Origin: Mustelus asterias | Taxonomy: Eukaryota | Direction: 5' to 3' | DNA: 64,000 bases | Assembly: GCF_964213995.1 (NCBI RefSeq) | Contig: NC_135814.1 | Location: 32,116,001-32,180,000 of the forward strand | Part shown: positions 25,495-36,904 of the stretch, in pieces | How the letters are laid out: each line of letters opens with the position of its first letter | Position numbering within the stretch: the stretch's first letter is position 1 | Translations under genes and position numbers: made by a program | Notes under the pieces: generated by a model | Databases searched by the model: none | Seen by the model: the letters and a program-made list of their open reading frames with translations, nothing else | Told to the model about the DNA's origin: nothing

Positions 25495-27089
25495 CATGGA
25501 CTATGATATTCTGCTGGAAGCCTGTTCTATTTTAACAGCAAGGAGTAAAGATGGCCACCTTGACCATGTGACTTTGTTTGAAGTGCTGAGTTATCATCTA
25601 AGGTGGTGCGCCAACTTGATGAGCATTCTGGACTGTGGTTTTTCACACCTGTGGTTTCAGACAGCCAAATGTCTTGTGTTCAAAGGACAGCCCATCATAT
25701 TACAATGTGAGATGTCAGTGGGTTTCATTTACCTTTTTGATCTGACTCACAACAGTCAATAATGTATTCTTTTGTTCTCTCTGGAGACAGGATCGTTTCA
25801 ATCCATAAAAGTCTGGTAATCCTCAGGCACCATGTTTGCAGTCTTAAAAAATGTGGTTTATAAAAGTAGCTTTAAAAATTTGTTACATAATTTAGGAGCT
25901 TTTTCAGAGACCTGTGTATTATTCTGGTTTTCATGCAGGAGATTTCTCTTTATTAATTATAGCTCAGCAAATACAAAGAACTCGGGGACACAGTACATTC
26001 TGGTTGAAGACATATTTTACTTTGCCCAGGCCTGGTCTGCACGTGAGGGAGAGCAGTTTGAGGCAGCTCAAATTACTCGAAGTTACGTTATTAAGACATC
26101 CTACGATTGTACATTTTTCAGAAATCATTTTGCCCGCCTACCCTGTCGTCCTAACTGTATGAGCCAATCATGTTAGTATGAATTATTTACCTTGGCCAAT
26201 AACATCCTACACTCTGGCATCATGAGAATTCATTGGTCTGTAGTATCCAAAAGCTCCCACCCACTGCAACCTCAATTACATATGTCGTCAAGTTCAAAGG
26301 TACCTTTCCCACTGCCTCTTTAGCAACCTCAATTACGTGGGTCGTAGAATTCAAGTTCTTTTCCCACTGTCTGCTGAGCAATCTCTTATCGGAAGAAATT
26401 GAATTATTCCATTCATTCTAATGTCTGAGAAACATGTCTTTTCTAGAACCCAGACTGATAAAGTCTGTGGCTGTATTGTTCTTATAGAATGTGGTTAGTC
26501 TTGGCTTTTATCCCATTTATGCCTTGGGGCAGTCTGTAGTTAGCCACGGTGTACATTTTAAGACAGAATATATAAGAACAATGGTCATGTGTTTCTATGC
26601 AAAACAGTGCCTTTACTACATTCATTTCTAAATTAGTCTGCCCTGATTTATTAGTCCTTTAGTACCAGGTTATCCTAAATCCCTCTAACATACCTACATG
26701 CCTATACTGGTGTAACACCTTTCACCATTTGCCCAGACTTTTGTGATGGTGTGGAACATGTAACCAAATCTCACCTTGGTCTGTCCCTTTTCTCCCCTGG
26801 CACTTTTTCCTCCTTTGAGCATCTAGATTTGTTCCACACCCCTCTCCACTCATTTAGAATTCTGGTTCTCTGCTGCTGCCCAAGTACCCTGCCAATTTTC
26901 CCAAGTTATGTTCACTGCTTTCCTGCCTCAACCATGGCACCAAGTGGCTTCTTCTTCTCCAAGAGCAAAAATGTTGCAGATACTGGAAATCTGCAATAAG
27001 CTAGAACATGCTTGAAAAACACAGCAGATCAAGCAGCATATGTGGAGAAAGAAAAAGTTAATGTTTCAGGTCGCCGTCCATAAACATGT

Positions 27090-28170
27090 CACTTTTCAGC
27101 ATGTACACCAACACCACCCAACTCTACATCATTGCCAACTCTCTTAATTCCTCCACTGTAGCTTAATTGTCAGGTTGCTTATTCACCACCCAGTACTGGA
27201 TAAGCAGAAATTTCCTCCAATTGCATATTTGGAAGATTGAAGTCATTGTTTTGGGTCCCCACACAAACTCCACTCCCCTGCCACTGAGTTCATCCCTTGC
27301 AACGCTTCAGGCTGAACTAAATTGTTTGCACCGTCAGTGTCATATTTGACCCTGATGTAGGATTTCAACCTCGTATCCATGTCACCACTATGACTGTATT
27401 TCCACGTCCGCCCTGCCTCATTACTTCTACTGAAACTCTCATCCATGCCTTTGTTATCTCCAGACTTCTCTATTCAAATGCACTCCTGGCTGGACTTCCA
27501 CATTCCACACCCTTGTAAAATTGAGGTCATCCTGCAGCCCATGTCCTAATTCACAACCAATCTGGAAATCTGTGATCACTGTTTTGTTCTCTGGCCGACA
27601 CTGGCTACTGGTTAAAACAGCAACTCAATTTTAATATTCTCATCCCTAATTTCAAATTCCTCCATGCCTTGACCTCTCCCTGTCTCTGTAATCTGACAAA
27701 GGAGCAACGCTCCGAAAGCTAATGGTATTTGCTACCAAATAAACCTGTTGGACTTTAACCTGGTGTTGTTATAAAACTTTCTGTAATCTCCTTCAGCCTT
27801 GCAACCCTCCAAGACATCTGCACTAATCTGATTCTGGCCTCTGGAGCAACCACACATTTTATTTTGGGCCCTACTGATAGCCATGCCTTCTGCTGCCTAG
27901 CCCCAAAGCTCTGGAATTCCCTTCCAAAACCTCTCTGGCTCTCGTTTCTCCCTGAGACACTCTTTCAAACCTTGGGTAGAAGCAAATTACTGCAGTTGCT
28001 GGAATCGGAAACAAAAACAGAAAATGCTGGAAAATTTCAGCAGGTCAGATTTAATACCTTACCTGTTTGACCAAGCCTAATATCTCCTTATGTGGCTCAG
28101 TGACGTATTTTGTTTTATACCCCTGAAGTGCCTTGGGACATTTTATTACCTTTAAAAGCACCACATTATA
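27090..28170 (+). mobile_element. Degraded L2-type LINE 3' region
   Basis: Remnants of ETLIHAFVISRL and AFCCLAPKLWNSLP; similar pieces at about 17340-17600 and 19330-19950. Confidence 0.65.
27695..27779 (+). mobile_element. Single-arm Penelope-like end fragment with degenerate hammerhead core
   Basis: ctgacaaaggagcaacgctccgaaagcta...ggactttaacctggtgttg; TCTGTAATCT duplicated at 27685-27694 and 27780-27789. Confidence 0.7.
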
Positions 28171-28492
28171 TCACAAGTTGTCATTGATTTATTTAAATCT
28201 GCACTTGCAGTGGTAGAATTTGAATTCCAATGCATTGAATGCTCAATATCAAAATCACTAGACTACCTTACCCTTGAAATTAAAGCAAAAGAATGCTCGG
28301 GGAATGTTTAACGACAACTTGCATTTGTCTTTCAACTTTACCATAAATAAAATCTGCTATTGCATTTCATTATTGGAAGGAATTGAGAATAGGAAGACTA
28401 GAAGAGATGGTACAGAATCTATTGGAGAAAGGTAGTAAGGAGTACTGAAGTGGTGCATAATTGCATTTTATTGACATTCCATTAATCTACCT

Positions 28493-29458
28493 TGTTACAA
28501 TTATGAAGTTTAGAATATCATTTTGGAACTGTCTTTTGTTTAAGGTAAAATGATAGGGGGGAGGGGGGAGACTTATTCTAAAGTCTGCTTGTCAGCAAGC
28601 TTGGGGTGGTTAAAAGATCAGAGGTCTAGATTTTGTTCCAGGGGTAATGGCACAAGGTGTTCATGTTGAAAGCAGTGGCAGCAGTCTAAGTTCAGAATTG
28701 GTAGATTTGAGTCCCAGTCTCAGAATGATGTTGAAAGTATCGGATTGTGAAAAGTTGCCCTGTGAACTGTATTTACTTCGAAGATGAGGGAGAGTTGTGG
28801 TCACGGATAGCTAATCAGCATATCTACCTAGATGCAAAATGTTTTCTGTTACTGTGGGGAAGAGGACAGAGGAAGCCATTTTGAGATCAGATTACAGGCT
28901 TCCCTACAAATTGACGAATCTCTCAGGCAGACAATAGTTTTGTGTGGTCAGCAGAGGAATGAGGCTGTTTGGATTTACAAACCAGCAGAGTTCAATGCAG
29001 CGATGATCTCTAGTCAAAAAAATGCATTTCACAGCCTTCTAAGTTGAAGAATTCTGGGAGATTTGTTCCAGCAATGCAAGAGTGGACAAATCATCAGGAC
29101 AGATTTGACAGCTGATTGTGTATTTAGGGAACTCTCCAAAAACCAAGGGAAGTGCCTGGAGACGGCCTTTCAAAATTACAACTCAGCAAAACAGGGAAAT
29201 GTAAACACATTGGAAGCTGGGAGCAACTGTCGATTGTTTGTGGTAACATCTTAATTCTGTGGAGCATGTGATGTGTTACCAGTATAAAAGGAGTTTTAAG
29301 TATTAGTTGCCTCCAAAAAGTAAGTCAGTAGTGCTTTTTTTTTAGTTATTTGTTATAGTAAAAGTTTTAAAACATGAAATCTTTGTCATATTTTCAGCTA
29401 TTAACTGGAAGTTTGAATTTCCTTTCAAAAGTTCTTGGTCTCTAAAGGGATTGCAACA
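28493..29458 (+). mobile_element. Possible solo LTR
   Basis: TGTTACAAT...ATTGCAACA termini (TG...CA, 8/9 inverted match); no clean target-site duplication. Confidence 0.3.
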
Positions 29459-30316
29459 CCATTGTTACCTCCGCCACTGAAGATGAGCAAAAGTAATGCT
29501 TTCACTCTGATTTGTTTTGGTTGTCAGTAAACAATATATGTCGAAAACTAATAGATGGGCTTCCACGAAATCTGGAACATAGATGGGGTGTGGCCCAAGG
29601 AAGAACTGATTAGTTTTTGGTGAAGATCCAGATTCTGGAGGTTTTTAACATTAGGGCGTACAAACTTTATTTTTAGAATGTTGATGTCGTTTTATTTAGA
29701 ATGCGTTGTTTTAAAATGTTGTGGCGGAACTTGTCACAGTTGTCAAAATGTGAGCAGAGTCTTCAAAGCAAGTTGTTGGATGTGGATTGACCTGAAGCTT
29801 CCAAAGTGAGATGAAAGCTCTTAAAAGGATTTTTTTCAGCTTTGCAGTTGCAGAGCATCAAGCAGATAGGAAAAAGGCTCGCGGAAGAACTAGGTAATTG
29901 CAATGTTGAGTTAATGCAGCCTGGCAGTAATATGCACTGAGTACTATCTTGTAAATAAATTGTCTGATGTAAAACAAAATTTAGTGAATTATGTATATTT
30001 TTATAGATCTATATGAATGCATATTTATATCTACTTGTGTAAAATCTCCAAATATGTAACATACAAATAGCTTGGACCATTTTCATGTATTTTAGTTCCA
30101 GATATTGCTTCCTTAATGCTTTAATATTGAATTGTATTCAGTATTGTTTTACAAAGCTGTCGTGTTTTGGAAACCAATAGAGGATTCACAGGAAGTACTA
30201 CCAACTTTTACTTGAAATGCCTCTGATGATGCAAGCAATAATTTGTGATAAAACTTAAGGTATTATTGTCCAAATAACTCAAAGGATAACAATGAATTAT
30301 GAAACTTCTTCTATAG

Positions 30317-30415
30317 AGAACTGCAAAACAAGCTAAAGAAAGAAGCCAAGCAAAGAGACTTTCGGAGACTTCCAAATACGCATCAGACATCAGAAGTTTT
30401 TTTGCAAAGAAATGA
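30317..30415 (+). CDS. ZRANB3: ZRANB3 last coding exon with C-terminal PCNA-binding motif and stop
   Basis: cttcttctatag|AGA ACT GCA...; RTAKQAKERSQAKRLSETSKYASDIRSFFAKK*; TGA at 30413-30415. Confidence 0.93.
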   Translation, partial: RTAKQAKERSQAKRLSETSKYASDIRSFFAKK

Positions 30416-30572
30416 AGAATAAGTATGAATATAAAATGTTTGAAAACATAAAACTAGCAGGCTAAACCGGTTCCTAGTTCAGTTTCGTATGCACTTTGTG
30501 ACTTCCTTTTTCATATAATAATTATAAAATGTGGCAAAACCTTTTAACTTTGTGTATTTATTTTTACTCTTT

Positions 30573-30760
30573 ATTAAATAACTCCCTTTCCCATAAATGG
30601 CTTCCAGGTTTTAGCCCAATCTCTTGACAGCTCACCACAAAGAACTGTCGAGTAAACCCACCTAAGATAGCCACTTAAATGGAAAGCATCTAACCCACCT
30701 TCAGTTATTCCCTGGGAAATCAGTATCTACCATAACTTAATAACATATTATGCAAATAAA
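30573..30760 (+). terminator. Candidate ZRANB3 poly(A) signals (ATTAAA 30573, AATAAA 30755)
   Basis: Hexamers lie downstream of the stop; the AATAAA is followed by a U/GU-rich tract (ctttttgttg). Confidence 0.4.
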
Positions 30761-30789
30761 TTAACTTTTTTGTTGACTGTTGAAATGCA

Positions 30790-32130
30790 ATAGCCAAGCT
30801 GTTCCAGTACAGCTACAACATTGGTAGGTAGATGCCAATGTGGAAAATGGACCAAGTATGTCCCATCCAAAAAAAAGGATACATCCAATTATCAGCACAT
30901 CAGTTTACTCTTGACCCCTTCCATCATGTTGCTGCTGATCATCAGCAGTGCACTTAGCAAAAACCTGCTCACAGTTGCTCAGTTTGAGTTCTGCTAGTCA
31001 CTCAGCTCCTGGCCTCATTACAGCCTTGGTTCAAACATAGACTAAAGAGCTGAACTCAAGATGAGAGTGAGTGCTCTTAACATCAAGACAGCCTTTTCCC
31101 TAATATAGCATTAAGGATCCCTAGCAAAACTGGAGTTGATGAAAATCAAAGACAAAATTCTCTGCTGTTTAGAGTCATACCTGGCACAAAGGAAGATGGT
31201 TGTGGTGGTTGGAGATTAATCATCTCAGCTTCAGGCCATCACTGCAGGAGTTCCTCAGGGGTAGTATCCTAGGCCCAACTATTTTCAGCTGCTTCATCAG
31301 TGACCTCCCTTCCATCATAAGGTCAAAAGTGACTGCACAATGTTCAGCATTATTTGTGACTCTGATACTGAGACAGTTCATGTCCAAATGCAGCAAGACC
31401 TGGACAATATCCAGGCTTGTGGTGACAAATAATATCCAGGCAATGACCATCACCCCTTGATATTCAATGATATTATCATCACTGAATCCCCCACTATCGA
31501 CATCCTGGGGTTACCATTGACCAGAAACTGAACTGGACTAGCCGTATAAATATTGTGACTACAAGAGCAGGTCAAAAGCTAGTATTCGTGCAGTAACGCA
31601 TATCCCGACTCCCCAAAGTCTGTCCACCATCTACAAGGCACAAATCAGGTGTGTGATGGAATACTCTCCACTTGCTTGGATGAGTGAAGCTGCAACACTC
31701 AAAAAGCTCAACACCATCCAGGACAAGGCAGCCTGCTTGATTGCTACCGCTTCCACCAACATTCAATCCCTCCACCACCAACAGTCAGTGGCTGCTGTGT
31801 GTACCATCTACAAGATGCACTGCAGGGACTCACCAAGGTTAATTACATAGCCTCTTTTAAACCCATGGCCATTATCATCTAAAAGTACCAGAGCAGCAGA
31901 TACCTGGGAACAGCACCACCTGGAGGTTCCCCTCCAAGTCACCCACCATCGTGATTTGGCAAGATATCACCATTCCTTCACTATCGCTGGGTCAAAATCC
32001 TAACAGTATGTGGATGTACTTGCACCTCAGGGACTGCAGCAGTTTCAGAAGGTAGGTTGCCACCTCGAGGGCAATTCGGGATGGGCAATAAATGCTGGTC
32101 CAGCCAGAAGTACCCAATTCCATAAATGAA
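30790..32130 (+). mobile_element. Degraded non-LTR retrotransposon (CR1/L2 superfamily) RT and 3' end
   Basis: GSILGPTIFSCFISDLP and MEYSPLAWMS...KLNTIQDKAACLI remnants with many stops and frameshifts. Confidence 0.8.
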
Positions 32131-32214
32131 TATTTTAAAAAGAATTATTCAACAAAGTACTAATGTCTAACCCCTTGTTGTCTTTAATGGGAGAAATGGT
32201 GCTGCCTCTTTTGC

Positions 32215-33520
32215 TCACAAATTGGTTTGATGTGAGGGGGTGAATCTGGAGAGCTGGCTTCTCAAATCGAGTTCGGTATTCAGTCTACTCCTGTTTTTTG
32301 CTTTTGTCACAACGTATCCAGAAAAAACACTTTCACACAAATATTTTGTGGTGAAAAGGAGCGCACAAACTGATCTGATCTCCACAATGGGATACTTGTG
32401 CATTAAGCTGCTCCAAAAATTTGGAGTCAATGGAAGTTCATTGAAGCATTTAGTGTGGAGAAAGTCATATCAGGCTATCATAATTGTGCACTGATAAGTC
32501 AACTGGCTTGGTTGTTAGTGCAAGTAGGTTACACACACACATATTGTTCTCATTTGATGGAAGAATGAAGAGTGCAAGTCATGCAGGTGCAATGTAATGT
32601 CACTGAAAATATTTTCCTCGAGGATAGAAATTACTTGAGAAAGTAAAGGAAGTTGGGGAAATTCTTATTTTCTGTGCACAAAGTCCAAAAGCACAACTTC
32701 TGCAACAATTACAGTGAAAATGGTAATATCTTTCCTTATAGTCATACATCCATTTCATTTAGCTTTGTTAAAAATATCTGCAAGATGCAAGTCTCAGAAG
32801 CCATGAGGTACTTGTCAAAAACTTTAAATTAGAAATTTCTGATCCACACACTACACCAAGACTTGGTAAAAAAGCTGAAAACATCTCACAAGCACTTAGC
32901 CCGTGACAGCCACCTTACCTCTATATAGGAGCAAAGCTGTGTCCTCACTGCCCACTTCATCTCTCAGAATTTTAAACAGTCTTGATTTCAGTGGCGGAGC
33001 TTTAATACCATTGATAATTTGCACTGCCCCATCCAGCACACATTTTTTGAGGTGCAGACATCGTTTTAAGAGTGCATGTCTGATAAGGACACAGTGACTG
33101 CTTATGCACTGTGGGGTTACAGCTTTGATCTGCATTACAACATCCACTGTCTTGCTAACCATTGCCCTGGTGCCTTCTGTGCACATCTCAACACACTAAC
33201 TAATTCCATGTCTTTTCATAAAAGTTATTAATGCAGTTGAATATCTCTTCAGTAGTGGTGCTTAACCAAGGGTCACGTAGCAGCAAGTCCTCCTGAATGA
33301 TGTTATGAAAGACAGTATGCAAATACCAGCAATAGTGTCAGTGCCACCCAACTCATTAGTTGACTCGTCTAGCTTCACTGTATATGTCTCTCAACATTTC
33401 AGGTGAGAAACTAAATGATTCCTCAATGTCTTCAGCAAGACAGGATTATTCCAAAGCCGTAGCACCTCAATTTTCTTTACCAGCACACACATTATGTCTT
33501 TAGCGCAAGGCAGTTTTTGC
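32215..33520 (-). pseudogene. Fossil hAT (Charlie/Buster-like) DNA transposase
   Basis: Minus-strand peptides LDEST, HCVLIRHALL, VQIINGIKAPPLKSRLFKIL.DEVGSE...LLLY and FTTKYLCESVFS...TKAKNRSRLNTELDLR (hAT dimerisation domain); many frameshifts. Confidence 0.8.
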
Positions 33521-34205
33521 CAATCATATGGACTCCTCTGAAAAGTGCAGATAAAATTCACCTCTGAGTTTAGAAGAATGGGAGATGATTTTGTTAAAAC
33601 ATAAGATTCTGAGGGTATTACTGGGTAGATGCTGAGAGTAAATTTCCTCTACTGGGGAAATCTAGAACAGTTTCGGAGTAAGCGGCCTCCCATTTAAGAC
33701 AGAGATGAGAAGGAATTGCTTCTCTCAGACGGCCATTAATCTATGGAATTCTAGAGAGCTGTGGAGGCTGGGTCATTAAATATATTCAGAATTCTGATCC
33801 ACAAGGGAGTTGAGGGAGAAGAAGCAGAAAGAAGTTGTGGCCATGATAATATTCAATAGCAGGACAGGCCTTAAGAGGTGAATGGTTGACTCCTGCTCCT
33901 ACCTCTGATCCTCTTATAAGATCTTTCCCCTGGCCAGGGTATGGTCAGCCATTTCAGACTGAAATGAGAAATTTCTTCACTCAGGATTGTCAATCTTGGG
34001 AATTCTTGGTCCCAGAGAGCTAATGATAATCAGTTGTTGAGTATACTCAGAACACAGATGATAGATTTTTGGGTACTAAAGAAATTAAGTTTGTGGGTTA
34101 TGGAGGCAGCAACCCTGATATTGAATGAAACAGCAAGTTTGAATGGTCAACTTCTGCTGCTATTTCTTACATTGTTAGAAATATTAAAGTAAGCAATTTG
34201 TACTA

Positions 34206-34211
34206 TTTATT
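34206..34211 (-). terminator. Candidate RAB3GAP1 poly(A) signal AATAAA
   Basis: TTTATT on + about 550 nt past the stop, at the end of an AT-rich unique 3'UTR-like stretch just before repeat-derived sequence begins. Confidence 0.55.
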
Positions 34212-34764
34212 GATGCAATAAAATGCTTAAAGCATCCACAATCAGAAAAGTTTTTATGATGTGGAATACATGTTACAGGCAAACATTTTTGTTACAGTTC
34301 CAAAATCCTTCCAGGACTGTAATAAGTTATATAAACCTAGTGCTGCCCTACATTAAGCAAGATAGCAACTGAAGTAATGACCATATCAAAAATTCACAAT
34401 GCACTAACGAATTTCATTTTACAGCAGCCATATTTTACATTTGGACAGTTCCATATTACAATGTTATTTTCACTTATTTAAACAGTGCTAAAATTGACAC
34501 TCAAACTACTAACTACACTTTTACCCAATATTAGCAATCATGGAAATACACTGTCTGAATCAATGCCAGTTTTCTACGTTGCATGCATTATACTGGTTAT
34601 GAAAAAATATTTTGTAGCATTTCAGATTGGGCCACTGATATTTAACAGCTACAGCTCAAACATATTCCTTGAGTACACTTAATAACGTATGTGACAAAAT
34701 GTAGGAATGACATTAAAGTATAACCACATAAAATAATTGAGTTAAATTATCAATTATCCCAATT

Positions 34765-35007
34765 TTAGAAGAACGATGTATCTGATGAAAATGCTCCAGC
34801 TAGACGGAATTCATCTTTCAACATAACACAATACATGCGTTGTGGTAAAGATTTGGAATATGGTGCAGGACGTGGTACAGTTGTCCGAAGAATTATTTCA
34901 CGGCCAGTTGGAGGAGGAAATTCCGAGACTGCTCCTGAGCTTGATCTGTGCTCATCAGAAGAACCTGCCTTTCCAGGTTCATCTTCAATTGGAGTCAGAG
35001 TAGCAGC
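34765..35007 (-). CDS. RAB3GAP1: RAB3GAP1 last coding exon
   Basis: ttttcaag|GCT GCT ACT CTG...; ...EFPPPTGREIILRTTVPRPAPYSKSLPQRMYCVMLKDEFRLAGAFSSDTSFF* (TAA at 34767-34765). Confidence 0.96.
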   Translation of the reverse strand, partial: AATLTPIEDEPGKAGSSDEHRSSSGAVSEFPPPTGREIILRTTVPRPAPYSKSLPQRMYCVMLKDEFRLAGAFSSDTSFF

Positions 35008-35541
35008 CTTGAAAACAGAAGAGATTTATTTTACATCAATTATGTCTGAACAGTGGTTAGAATTAATTTACTAGTTACTGATAAAAGACAAAACGGTAAT
35101 TTAATTGTATGTATAGAATATAATGTGGAAGCTGGAAATGAAATTGACCAAACATGTAGATGCTGAAAGTGATATTGGCAAATACACTTTCTTTTAAAGA
35201 TTCAATCAGCCCTATGATTAAAATAATTCAATTTCTTTAAAAAAAACTGCAAGCTAATTACAAATGTTTTAAAATACATTTTTAATGCAATGTAATGTAC
35301 CTTTTAAAGTTCAAATGCTATTCACGATGTAAAACAGACTTGCATTGGATGAACACTGCATGTTTTTCATTGGAATTAGCATTTGTATTGTAATCAAATT
35401 GCTATTTCAACATTTTGAAATATGTAAAATTACATACTTGGAAAGAAACACTTTCCATAATACTAATGACATTTCTGAGAATGGCCTAGTCCGGTAAAGC
35501 AGATGGACTATAAAAATGCAATCTTGTATTTAAACATAGCA

Positions 35542-36245
35542 GCCCAGAACTTCCAATCTCCGGATGGTTGTATCACAGAGGTACCTCCCAAGACTCGCTA
35601 TGGAATCCTTCTGACATCCCATGTTCTGACAACACGGAAAAATCCCAGGGAAGCTTGGACTTCTGATGGGCAATTCCCCTATATCTGGAACCCTCCAAAA
35701 AGTCTCCATCTCAGAGTTAGAGACTTTGGATGGTTCCAACTTACCTGAATAGTTACCCAGGAAAAGTTAGGATTAAAACCAGTTCTAACTTGAGTAGCTC
35801 TACAATTGATCTCCCAACTTCCCACTGGACCTCCACTCGAACCCCACCCCGACCCCCGTCAACTACAACCCATTACCCTGACACCTCTCCCTTTTCTTGC
35901 CATCCCATCTCCTCATCCACTCCCTGCCAGCCTACTTTGTCATCCACCCACCTACCACCCTAACATCTCACCCATTTACCTTGCATACTTACCTTCTCTC
36001 CATAGCTTCAAAGTGAATTTGGGACCTTTAAACTCTCTACTTACCAGAATACAACAGCCAGTGCTATAAAATGGAGGCGTGGTTTCTATGATGATTCCAC
36101 TGCTCCCTGTGAGGAATGCTGTACTGTGTAGGTTTGGAAGGATCCTCCATAGGAAGAAAGGCCCAAACAAATCAAGTAAATCGTTAACTTTTTGTTTGAT
36201 TTGGGTCGGAATTAAAGATTCCAACTCGGATCAGAAGTTCTGGGC
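35542..36245. mobile_element. MITE-like element with 12-bp perfect TIRs
   Basis: GCCCAGAACTTC at 35542-35553 and GAAGTTCTGGGC at 36234-36245; non-coding interior. Confidence 0.65.
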
Positions 36246-36380
36246 CAATGAAATTGAAGTCAAAGAGAATCAAAATATGTTTTATGCTATACGGTTGCTA
36301 TTTATACGATGCCATAAAAAAAATTGCATCTACATGAGGTATGAAACAAAGGATAATGGAGGAGAATGGCTGGTTGTTAC

Positions 36381-36401
36381 CTCTTCAGTAGATTCAGCCA
36401 G
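36381..36401 (-). CDS. RAB3GAP1: RAB3GAP1 21-nt cassette microexon (LAESTEE)
   Basis: Long polypyrimidine tract ...ttttctctcaactcttctcaag|CTG GCT GAA TCT ACT GAA GAG|gtaaca; phase 0-0, between the last two constitutive exons. Confidence 0.8.
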
Positions 36402-36670
36402 CTTGAGAAGAGTTGAGAGAAAAGTAGTATTAGGAGAGAAACACAATGATGAAGAAAGGAAAGTCAAATTAGATGGTTAATAAGGGGTTAAACAAAAGTT
36501 AAAATAAATATATTTCTATTTAAAACATGAAAACATACCCTTTTGACAAAAAACACAAATGGTCACCAATTTAAATTTGCTATTCACTAGTATTATATAC
36601 ACAATGGACAATTAAAATTGTTATAAAGCAATAGGCATATCAAGGGTCTCAGTTGGTCAAACTGAGAAAA

Positions 36671-36904
36671 CTCTCCCTGGAGATCACATGGTCTGGAATG
36701 GGGGGGTGGGGGTGAGTTAATAGGTTGTGATGAACAAAGCATCGTAGCTGTGAGGGACAGCTCGGTGGATAGGATATTGGTATGTAGATAGGCTGGAAAA
36801 TTGGGCGGGGATCCTGGATTCAGGATTCAATCCTGGACCGGGGAGCGGCGCGGGCTTGGAGGGCCGAAGGGCCTGTTCCTGTGCTGTATTGTTCTTTGTT
36901 CTAT
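36671..36904 (+). mobile_element. Short 3'-end copy of the CR1 at 24440-25494
   Basis: Almost identical to 25258-25490. Confidence 0.92.

Larger units (their letters stand above)
3755..30415 (+). other. ZRANB3: ZRANB3 gene, 3' portion (5' helicase exons lie upstream of the window)
   Basis: Nine AG/GT-bounded exons in compatible phases encode QHDIRSFF (PIP box), WNCKLCTYTN...CEICET (NZF), FMFCASKNTDRIYLYTK, WQVDHIRPVYGGGGQCSFENLQTLCTVCH (HNH) and a terminal TGA. This is the domain order of ZRANB3. Confidence 0.96.
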
